A stretch of DNA of 64,000 nucleotides, taken from Planctomycetaceae bacterium (GTDB lineage: Bacteria; Planctomycetota; Planctomycetia; Pirellulales; PALSA-1355). Where the stretch lies: the NCBI GenBank assembly GCA_003153375.1, contig PLYM01000056.1, positions 28,855 to 92,854 on the forward strand. Direction: 5' to 3'. The first letter of the stretch is position 1, and each line of letters starts with the position of its first letter. Below the pieces are notes generated by a model, which saw nothing but the letters and a program-made list of their open reading frames with translations, made no database searches and had not been told where the DNA came from. Position numbers and translations under genes: made by a program. Shown in pieces: positions 16,700 through 24,522 of the stretch.

Positions 16700-18947
16700 A
16701 TTCTACATCGAGCATGTGCTCTTGCTGGGCTTTGTGCAGGCGGGAGTAGACGCCTTCGGTGAGGATTAGATCCTGGTGCTGGCCGATCTCGGCGATGCGG
16801 CCCTGTTCGAGAACGACCAGGCGGTCGGCCTTGCGCAGGGTGCTCAGGCGGTGGGCGATGGCGATCGTCGTGCGGCCTTTCACCAGGTTGTCGAGCGCCA
16901 ACTGAATTTCGCGCTCGGTTTCGGTGTCGACTGACGAGGTGGCCTCGTCGAGAATCAGGATCCGCGGATCGATCAACAGCGCTCGCGCGATCGAGATCCG
17001 CTGCCGTTCGCCGCCAGAGAGGGACTGGCCTCGCTCGCCGACCAGCGAATCGTAGCCCAGTGGCAGCCGCAAGATGAAATCGTGGGCCCGGGCGGCTTTG
17101 GCGGCGGCGATGATTTCGTCGCGCCCGGCGTCGGGACGGCCGTAGGCGATATTGTCGGCCACGGTGCCATAGAACAAAAACGGATCTTGCAGCACGACGC
17201 CGATGTGCCGCCGATATTCGTCGACCGGAAACGAACGGATGTCGACCCCATCGACCAGGATCTCGCCGTCGGCCACGTCATAGAAGCGGCAGACCAGGTT
17301 GACCAAGGTGCTCTTGCCGGCGCCGCTGGGTCCGACCAGCCCGATCATTTCCTGTGGCCGGATCGAGAGGCTCAACTCTTCGATGATCGGCCGACTGCCG
17401 TGGCGAAAGCTGACGTTGCGAATTTCGATCTGGCCGCGCAAATGGCCCGGATGAACCGGCCTGACCGGTTCGGGCACGCTGGGCAAGCGATCGAGGATTT
17501 CGAAAATGCGCTGCGCGCCGACGGCAGCGCGCTGCGTGGCCGAGAACATCCGGCTCATCGATTCCAACCGCGTATAGAAACGGCTGATGAAATTGACGAA
17601 GCCGATCAGGACGGCGAACTCCATCTGTCCGACGTAGATCAAATAGGCCCCCACTCCCCACACGATCAACAGCCCAGCCTGGTTCAGCAGCACGACCATC
17701 GGCCAGAAGAACGTCCACACCGCGTTCACGCGGTCGTTGGCGGCCACGATCTGATCATTTGCCTTGCGGAAGCGTTCGACTTCGCGTTTCTCTTGCGCAA
17801 ACGCCTTGACCACGCGGATGCCGGGAATCGTGTCGGCCAGGATGCTGGTCATGTTGTCCCAAGCCCGACCGCCGCGCTGGAAGCCGCGCTGCATGTGGTT
17901 GCGGGCCGTGTAAACGAGCCAGGCGATCAGCGGAAAGGGGAGCAGCGCCGCCAGGGCCAAAGTCGGATTCAACCAGATCAAGATTGCCGAGGTGCCGATG
18001 ATCATCAGCACGTCGGTGGCAAAGTCAACCAGGTTGTCGGAGAGGAAATAGCAAATGCGCTCGGTGTCGGTGCTGATGCGGGCCAGCAGGTCGCCGGTGC
18101 GCTTGCCGCCAAAATATTCGAGCGACAGCCTTTGCAAATGGGCGTACGTGTGGTTGCGCAAGTCGGCGCTGATCCGCTCGCTGGCCCAGGCCATCACGAT
18201 GCCCTGCCCCCAGGTGACCAGCCAGGTGATCACGGCCGCCAACGCGATCAGGCCCAGATACCAGCCGACGGCCCCGAGACTTCCCTCGCCCGTGACGCTC
18301 AAGTGGGTGAGCTCTTGGGTCAACGGAATGGTCAGGTAGGGCGGCACCAGTCCGGCCGTCGTGGCGGCCAATGTGAGGGCGAAGCCCAGGCCCATCAGAC
18401 CCGCGCGGCGGCGGCCAAAGGTGAGCAGCCGCAGCAGCGCGCCGGCCGAACGTGGAGCGAAAGCCGATTCGTCAACGTCGGCTGCGGCGGCCTCCCAAGT
18501 CTCGTCGGGCTCCGTGTCTCCCTTGGCCAAACCGCCCAGGCGCGTCGAAAGGTGATGGGCCGAAGCAGCCCGGCCAACGGTGTAGCGCCACTGGGCCAGC
18601 GGACCCGCCACTCCCGCTAACTCCAGCGTTCCCAGGCCCCAACGGTCGCGCGTGTGCAGGGCTCCGATATCAGCCAGTCGCCAGGAGCGCACGTTGGCTT
18701 CGCCCCCGGCGCCATCGGAGCTGAAGCTGAGCAGCCGCAAGTCGGTGAGCACGACAACGGTTTCGGCGTAGCGCAGCTCGTCGTCCAGGTCGCTCAAGAA
18801 CCAGGCGACCACCGTCTCATCGGGCTCCAAGTGGCTGCTGATTTGCCGGTGCAGCTTGGGCGAAATGCGGCGGTCATCGTCATTCTCACGTTCCAAAACG
18901 GGCGCTCCGCCGGGCTGATGGTCTAGTCGAACCGCGAGTGCTGGCAA
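16698..18947 (-). CDS. ABC exporter, fused permease + ATPase (MsbA-like type I exporter) with an extra about 170-aa N-terminal cytoplasmic domain
   Basis: 749 aa with six predicted TM helices in the middle. Walker A GPSGAGKST, signature LSGGERQRISIARAL and Walker B ILILDEATS are present. The N-terminal extension (EPDETVVAWFLSDLDD..ETVVVLTDLRLLSFS...WRLADIGALHTRDRWGLGTLEL) looks like a bacterial PH (bPH/YdbT-like) domain. Confidence 0.85.
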   Translation of the reverse strand: MPALAVRLDHQPGGAPVLERENDDDRRISPKLHRQISSHLEPDETVVAWFLSDLDDELRYAETVVVLTDLRLLSFSSDGAGGEANVRSWRLADIGALHTRDRWGLGTLELAGVAGPLAQWRYTVGRAASAHHLSTRLGGLAKGDTEPDETWEAAAADVDESAFAPRSAGALLRLLTFGRRRAGLMGLGFALTLAATTAGLVPPYLTIPLTQELTHLSVTGEGSLGAVGWYLGLIALAAVITWLVTWGQGIVMAWASERISADLRNHTYAHLQRLSLEYFGGKRTGDLLARISTDTERICYFLSDNLVDFATDVLMIIGTSAILIWLNPTLALAALLPFPLIAWLVYTARNHMQRGFQRGGRAWDNMTSILADTIPGIRVVKAFAQEKREVERFRKANDQIVAANDRVNAVWTFFWPMVVLLNQAGLLIVWGVGAYLIYVGQMEFAVLIGFVNFISRFYTRLESMSRMFSATQRAAVGAQRIFEILDRLPSVPEPVRPVHPGHLRGQIEIRNVSFRHGSRPIIEELSLSIRPQEMIGLVGPSGAGKSTLVNLVCRFYDVADGEILVDGVDIRSFPVDEYRRHIGVVLQDPFLFYGTVADNIAYGRPDAGRDEIIAAAKAARAHDFILRLPLGYDSLVGERGQSLSGGERQRISIARALLIDPRILILDEATSSVDTETEREIQLALDNLVKGRTTIAIAHRLSTLRKADRLVVLEQGRIAEIGQHQDLILTEGVYSRLHKAQQEHMLDVE

Positions 18948-19153
18948 GGCCGGCAGTTCGGGTTGGCTGTTCTCAATATTTTAGAGCCGATATACTTTCA
19001 GGCTACCCGAGAATTGAACTCGTGCGATAGACCAGGGCCTGGGCGATCGGCTCTCTCCGCTGGTCGGCATCCTCGGCGACCTGACCGGCCACGCCGGTTT
19101 GCTCACGAGCCGCGGTGGTTGGCGATTCGAATCGACCTGGAAACAGCGTGGAT

Positions 19154-21268
19154 ATGGAATTTCGGCAGATTCTTGCGATGCGGGGCCCCAACATCTGGCA
19201 CCGCCTCCCGGTGCTCGAGGCCTGGGTTGAATTGGGCGACTTGAAGGACTGCGCGTCGAACGAGATGCCCGGCTTCAACGATCGCGTGATGGGCTGGCTG
19301 CCCCAAATGATCGAGCACCGCTGCAGCATCGGCGAGCGCGGCGGCTTCTTCGAACGCTTGCGCCGCGGCACCTATCTGGCCCACATCCTGGAGCATGTGA
19401 CGCTCGAGCTGCAAACGCGCGCCGGCGCGGCGGTAGGTTTCGGCCGGGCGCGCGAGACTCTGAAGGAGGGGCTGTTTCGCGTAGCGATGCGCTTTGAGGA
19501 AGAGGCCGTGGGCCGCGCGGCGCTCGAAGCCGGGCGGCAACTGTGCCTGGCAGCGGTACACGACGCGCCGTTCGACGTCGTGGAAGAGATTCGCAAGCTG
19601 CGCCAGTTGTCGGAAGACGTGAAGATGGGGCCGAGCACGCGCACCGTGTCCGATGCGGCCCTGGCGCGCGGCATTCCCGTGCGGCGGCTCAACGAGTTCA
19701 GCCTGGTGCAACTCGGACACGGCGCCAAACAACATCGCATCCATCGTTCTGCCACAGATCACACCGGCGCCATTGCCGAGGCAATCTCGGACGATAAGGA
19801 GCTGACCAAGGCCTATCTGCGCTCGGTCGGCGTGCCGGTGGCCCGCGGGCGACTGGCGGCTAGCGCCGTCGATGCCTGGCAGGCGGCCCAAGAGATCGGC
19901 ACGCCCGTGGTCGTGAAGCCCAAGGACGGCAACTATGGGAGCGGCGTGGTGGTGGGCATCTCGCGCCGCGAGCAGATCGAAGCGGCCTACGACTTGGGGG
20001 TCACTTGCGGCAACGGCGTGATGGTCGAAAAGTTCGTGCATGGCGCCGAGCATCGCTTGCTGGTTGTGGGCGGCAAGTTCGTCGCCGGCACGCGTGGCGA
20101 TCCGGTGTTTGTCGTGGGCGATGGGCGGCAGACCGTGTGGGAACTGGTCGAGTCGCAGGTGAACAGCGATCCGCGGCGCGGCGAGGACTTGTCGTGCCCG
20201 TTGGCCAAGGTGGAAATTGCTCCCTCGACGCTGTTGGTCCTGGAACACGAGGGATACCCGCCCGATTCGGTGCCCGAGGCCGGCAAGCGGGTGATGATTC
20301 AGCGCAATGGAAACCTGTCGACCGACGTGACCGATCTGGTGCATCCCGACATCGCGCGGCAAGTCGCATTGGCGGCTTGCGTGCTGGGGCTGGACGTGGC
20401 GGGGGTGGACGTAATCGCCGAAGACATCAGCCGTCCGCTGGAAGAGCAGGGGGGCGTCGTGATCGAAGTCAACGCCGGCCCCGGGCTGCAGATGCACGTG
20501 GCGCCGGCGTCGGGCCTGCCACGGCCGGTGGGCGAAGCCATCGTCGAAACGCTATTTCCCGCCGGGCAAGATGGACGGATTCCAATCGTCTCGGTCACCG
20601 GCGAGTCGAATGCCACGCCGGTCGCGATGTGCATCGCCGCGCTGTTGAGCCAGGCCGGGCGCCATGTTGGTTTGGCCAGCGCCGAGGGGACGTTCGTCGA
20701 CGACACGCGCCTTGAGGCGGGCGACAGCCGTGGAGCCGACAGCGCGCGAAGCCTACTGTTGAATCCCTATGTCGACGCGGCCGTGTTCGAGTCGTCGCCC
20801 GAGCGCATCGCGGCCGAGGGCTTGGGATTTGATCGTTGCCACGTGGCCGTGGTCACGTCGATCGGGGCGGGGCTGAAGCTCGATTTTCTGGAGTGGGATT
20901 CGCCCGAAAAGAAATCGCTTGTCTATCGGGCCGCCGGCGACGTCGTGCATCCGACCGGCGCGCTGGTGCTGAAGGCCGGCGATGAGTTGGGAGCGATCGT
21001 GGCCAAGCACTGTCCGGGCACGTTGGTGCTGTTTTCAGTCGACGAGCAGAACGCGGCACTGCCAGAACACCGGGCGACAGGGGGCAAAGTCGTCTTCGCG
21101 CGAGGTGGCAAGATCGTTCTGGCTGCCGAGTCGCACGAAACCGAATTGGCCACCGCTGGCGCGCCTGAGTCGCTCGACGTGCTGCTACCGGCCGTCGCTG
21201 CCGGGTGGGCGTTAGGCGTCAGCACCGACCAAATCGCCGCTGCGCTGAAGCGTGCCAGGACCGCTTGA
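19154..21268 (+). CDS. cphA: Cyanophycin synthetase homologue with degenerate, truncated Mur-ligase (M) domain (CphA2-like)
   Basis: ORF 19115..21268 trimmed to ATG 19154 (MEFRQILAMRGPNIWH, the canonical CphA N-terminus). N-domain: GGFFERLRRGTYLAHILEHVTLELQ. ATP-grasp: VVVKPKDGNYGSG, EHRLLVVGGKFVA, NSDPRRG, IEVNAGPGLQMH. M-domain entry: RIPIVSVTGESNATPV, where CphA1 has TGTNGKTT. The protein ends about 170 aa short of CphA1-type enzymes. Confidence 0.8.
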   Translation: MEFRQILAMRGPNIWHRLPVLEAWVELGDLKDCASNEMPGFNDRVMGWLPQMIEHRCSIGERGGFFERLRRGTYLAHILEHVTLELQTRAGAAVGFGRARETLKEGLFRVAMRFEEEAVGRAALEAGRQLCLAAVHDAPFDVVEEIRKLRQLSEDVKMGPSTRTVSDAALARGIPVRRLNEFSLVQLGHGAKQHRIHRSATDHTGAIAEAISDDKELTKAYLRSVGVPVARGRLAASAVDAWQAAQEIGTPVVVKPKDGNYGSGVVVGISRREQIEAAYDLGVTCGNGVMVEKFVHGAEHRLLVVGGKFVAGTRGDPVFVVGDGRQTVWELVESQVNSDPRRGEDLSCPLAKVEIAPSTLLVLEHEGYPPDSVPEAGKRVMIQRNGNLSTDVTDLVHPDIARQVALAACVLGLDVAGVDVIAEDISRPLEEQGGVVIEVNAGPGLQMHVAPASGLPRPVGEAIVETLFPAGQDGRIPIVSVTGESNATPVAMCIAALLSQAGRHVGLASAEGTFVDDTRLEAGDSRGADSARSLLLNPYVDAAVFESSPERIAAEGLGFDRCHVAVVTSIGAGLKLDFLEWDSPEKKSLVYRAAGDVVHPTGALVLKAGDELGAIVAKHCPGTLVLFSVDEQNAALPEHRATGGKVVFARGGKIVLAAESHETELATAGAPESLDVLLPAVAAGWALGVSTDQIAAALKRARTA

Positions 21269-21572
21269 GGCCTGGGACCTTCCGCTGATCCGGCGGCGTC
21301 CCCGATGGCACTGTGCCAAGAAGAATCTTCCGGATCTATCAGTTATTCCTGACCGCGTGGGGCCAATTTCCCGAAGTCTGCTTCGGCAGCTGACGCAAAC
21401 GGCTCAGAACACCAGTCGATTTTGACATCTCTTCCTATCCTGGCCATACTAACCAGAGTGAATCGCCCGTTCTGGGCTGCTTTTTTCGGCTCGCCTGCCG
21501 CGGAGACCATGATCTCCTATCGAAGCGCACTTTTAGAGAGTCGCGTCGTACGTTTCGCCCCGCCGAGGTCCC

Positions 21573-22736
21573 ATGCACGTCGCTCGTTGGCTTACTGCTT
21601 TGCTGTTGCTGTTCGGTATATTCGGTTTCACTCCGATTCTGACGGTGCGCCTGTGGGCCGACGAGCAGGTCGAGGACACGGTTGTGGCGGATGCGGCCGA
21701 CTCGGCGCCGACAGCGGACGATGCGAAATCGGTGAAAAGCCCACAATCGGCGGGCGATCCGGAGAGCAGCGAGCCCGCGGCGGACAAGCCGGCCCGCTAT
21801 ATCCCCAAGAGCAAGTACGCGATTCCCGATCCGGCTTTGGAACTGCTCGATCCTCGCACCTATCGATTGAAGGTGCTGATCCGCATCGATGCCCCCGATG
21901 GCATGGTGAAGAACGTGATGGCCACGGGGCCGATTCCGATGGACTGGCCCGAGCAGCGGGTGCGGCTGATCAGCCAGAAGCTGACGCCGCAGTGTACCGT
22001 TTCCGAACAGGTGCTGCCGGGTCAGGCGGCGCTGTTGAAGTTTCACGTGCCCCAGATTCAAAAAGGGGGCTCGGCGTTCGTTGAGCGGCTGTATGAGATC
22101 ACCCGCTTTCGCACCAAGTTTCTCAGCGAGCCGGAGAGCTTGAAGTACGCTCGCGTGATTCCCGCCGAGCTGAAGGAGCAGGTGGCGGGCACGCCGCCCG
22201 GCGTGGAGCTCGACCACCCGAAAATGATCGAATTGGCCAAGTCGCTGCGCAAGTCGAGCGACGAAGCCAATCCTTGGGACACGATCAAGACCTTCTGGAG
22301 CTGGACGCGCGACAACGTGAAGTTTCAGAACGGCGACTTTCGCGGAGCGCTGTACGCCATCGAAAATCATTGCGGCGACTGCGAGGAGATGAGTGCCCTG
22401 TTCGTGGGCTTGTGCCGGTTGTCGGGCATTCCGGCTCGCACGGTGTGGGTCGAGGGGCACGACTATCCCGAGTTCTATCTGCTCGACAAGCAAGGCAAGG
22501 GACATTGGATTCCGGCCCAGGTGGTGGGCCCGCCCTGGTTCGGCGAGATCACCGAGTATCGCCCGATCTTTCAGAAGGGTGACCGGTTCTTCGACGCCCT
22601 GCAACAGACCTATGTGCGCTACGTGCCGCACACCGTGCGGGGAGCCGACAGCAAGGCCGATCCCAAAGTTGATTTCACCCACGAAATCATCGCCGACTCC
22701 GACATCAACGGTCCTTCGTATAGCAACGCCCGATAG
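21573..22736 (+). CDS. Secreted or membrane-anchored transglutaminase-like (papain-fold Cys-His) superfamily protein
   Basis: 387 aa. The N-terminal signal or anchor is MHVARWLTALLLLFGIFGFTPILTV, followed by an acidic low-complexity linker. The core is YAIENHCGDCEEMSALFVGLCRLSGIPARTVWVEGHDYPEFYLLD..GHWIPAQV, matching the transglutaminase-core pattern (G.C..f..lfv.l.R..GIPAR.V.G......H.w.E.y). I could not place the third catalytic residue with confidence. Confidence 0.75.
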   Translation: MHVARWLTALLLLFGIFGFTPILTVRLWADEQVEDTVVADAADSAPTADDAKSVKSPQSAGDPESSEPAADKPARYIPKSKYAIPDPALELLDPRTYRLKVLIRIDAPDGMVKNVMATGPIPMDWPEQRVRLISQKLTPQCTVSEQVLPGQAALLKFHVPQIQKGGSAFVERLYEITRFRTKFLSEPESLKYARVIPAELKEQVAGTPPGVELDHPKMIELAKSLRKSSDEANPWDTIKTFWSWTRDNVKFQNGDFRGALYAIENHCGDCEEMSALFVGLCRLSGIPARTVWVEGHDYPEFYLLDKQGKGHWIPAQVVGPPWFGEITEYRPIFQKGDRFFDALQQTYVRYVPHTVRGADSKADPKVDFTHEIIADSDINGPSYSNAR

Positions 22737-22801
22737 CCGACCCGGCGATCGAGCGCGAGGTGTTTGTGCTTTCTCTCCGCACGGCGAGTTCTGTTGGCAG
22801 G

Positions 22802-24493
22802 ATGGGCCGGATGCTGCTCCGGACGGCCGTCTGCTGCGCAATCGTGGCTGGATTGGGCTGGCGATTGGCGCGCGCGGCCGATGACGGCAAACCCGAGTCG
22901 CCGCCGGCAGCGGGCGCCGCGGAGGCCGACAGCGAACAGCAGTTGGAACGACGACGCCAGGAGCGGCTGAAGGAATTGCCACCGCCTCCCACTCCGCCTC
23001 AGGTCAGCGCCGAGTTGACAAATCCAATCGATCAATTCATCGCGTCGAAGTGGCAAGATGCCCCGGGGCCGTTCGAGCCGCAGGTGTGCGATGACGCCAC
23101 GTTTTTACGGCGGGCGTATCTCGATTTGATCGGCGTGATTCCGACGCTCAACGAGACAAATCGTTTTCTCGCCGGGAGTTCAAGCCCCGGCAAGCGTGAG
23201 AAGCTGGTCGATCAGTTGTTGGCTCGCAAGAGCGACTATGCGGCCCACTGGACGACGTTTTGGGAAGACGCCCTGGCCAGTCAGAACGTGCGGGTGCAAG
23301 GCGGCATTCTGACGCGCGGTAACTACCGTGATTGGCTGCTGGATAGTTTCGAGCACAATCGGCCGTATAACGTGATGGTGGCCGAACTGCTCGACCCCAC
23401 GATGCCCGGTCGCAAGCGGCCCGAGACCGAGGACGTGCTGGGCACCAAGTTTTCGGTCGAGTACGTGCGCAACGATGATCACACCGCCACGCTGCAAACG
23501 GCGGCCAACGTGGCGCAGGTTTTTCTGGCCACCAGCATGAAGTGCGCCAGTTGCCACGATCATTTTGAAAATACCGAATGGCCGCAGGACCGCTTTCTGG
23601 CGTTCGCCGGCATGTTCGCGGCCGCCGATTTAGAGCACATTCGCTGCGAACACAAGAGCGGCCAGACCGTGGCGGCCCGCTTTCCATTCGAAATTGCCGG
23701 CGCACCCGAGGCGGTTCCGCAAGACCTGCCCAGCCGACTGCACCTGGCCGCGCAACTGATCACGGATCCGGCCAATCCGCGATTTTCCAAGGCGATCGTC
23801 AATCGCCTCTGGAAGCGTTATCTGGGCTTGGGGCTGTTCGAACCGGCCGACGATTTTCGGCTCGACACGCCGGCCAGTCATCCCGAGTTGCTGGATTGGC
23901 TGGCCTATGACTTCGTGGCTCACGGCTGCGACCTCAAGCACACGATCCGGCTGATCGTGACCAGCCGCACCTATCAACTGCGCTACGATCCGCGGGTGGA
24001 AGACCATTTTGGCGCCGGACAGAAGAACGGCCAGCGCTACTTTCGTTCGCCGGCGCTGCGGCGGCTGACGGCCGAACAATTGCTCGACAGCATTCGCGTG
24101 GCGGCCAGCGGCGCCTTCGTGCCGGCCGAGCGCAGCCTGCTCGACATTCGCTCGACGGCCTTGTCGCGATCGCTGGGGCGTCCGGCCTCGCGCAACGAGA
24201 TCAGCACCTCACGGCCCGACGACGCGGCCGTCGTGCAGGCGTTGGAGTTGCTCAACGGACCCGAGTTGCACGCGATGATCTATAAGAGCGTGCTGTTCAC
24301 CGATGCGTCGGCCAAGAAGGACGCGCGGGCGGCGGTCGATAAGCTCTATCGCGCCACGCTCTGCCGAGGCGCCACGACGGCCGAGAAAACCGCCGGACGC
24401 AATTATGTGCAGGTCGCCGATTCGCCGGTCGAGGGGCTGAAGGACGTGCTGTGGGCGCTGGTGTGCAGTCCCGAGTTTCAATACATCAAGTAA
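22802..24493 (+). CDS. DUF1549/DUF1553 domain-containing protein (planctomycete PSD1-type)
   Basis: ORF 22760..24493; I prefer ATG 22802 (MGRMLLRTAVCCAIVAGLGWRLARA, signal-like). DUF1549-like: PIDQFIASKWQD...DDATFLRRAYLDLIGVIPT..E...FL. Conserved CASCHDHFE motif. DUF1553-like: NPRFSKAIVNRLWKRYLGLGL..P.DDF. C-terminal: LWALVCSPEFQYI. Confidence 0.85.
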   Translation: MGRMLLRTAVCCAIVAGLGWRLARAADDGKPESPPAAGAAEADSEQQLERRRQERLKELPPPPTPPQVSAELTNPIDQFIASKWQDAPGPFEPQVCDDATFLRRAYLDLIGVIPTLNETNRFLAGSSSPGKREKLVDQLLARKSDYAAHWTTFWEDALASQNVRVQGGILTRGNYRDWLLDSFEHNRPYNVMVAELLDPTMPGRKRPETEDVLGTKFSVEYVRNDDHTATLQTAANVAQVFLATSMKCASCHDHFENTEWPQDRFLAFAGMFAAADLEHIRCEHKSGQTVAARFPFEIAGAPEAVPQDLPSRLHLAAQLITDPANPRFSKAIVNRLWKRYLGLGLFEPADDFRLDTPASHPELLDWLAYDFVAHGCDLKHTIRLIVTSRTYQLRYDPRVEDHFGAGQKNGQRYFRSPALRRLTAEQLLDSIRVAASGAFVPAERSLLDIRSTALSRSLGRPASRNEISTSRPDDAAVVQALELLNGPELHAMIYKSVLFTDASAKKDARAAVDKLYRATLCRGATTAEKTAGRNYVQVADSPVEGLKDVLWALVCSPEFQYIK

Positions 24494-24522
24494 ATCACAG
24501 GCCGAGTCACCCGAGCCACGCG

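Noticed and set aside
18963-18996. TATACT box (18991-18996) upstream of the cphA-like gene as a possible promoter
   Set aside because: No acceptable -35 lies at 16-18 nt (TTGGCT is 22 nt away) and there is no TG extension. It cannot be distinguished from chance in an AT-richer spacer.
19103-20497. 464-aa minus-strand ORF, and similar long shadows (15093..16436 -, 17082..18620 +, 21435..22982 -, 24478..26073 -, 38121..39563 -, 42576..43871 +, 57206..58744 +, 62923..63915 -)
   Set aside because: Each lies antisense to a gene with strong family motifs (cphA-like, GT41, ABC, transglutaminase-like, DUF1501, NPCBM, SIMPL etc.) and shows the Arg/Gly/His/Gln-rich composition of high-GC antisense frames.
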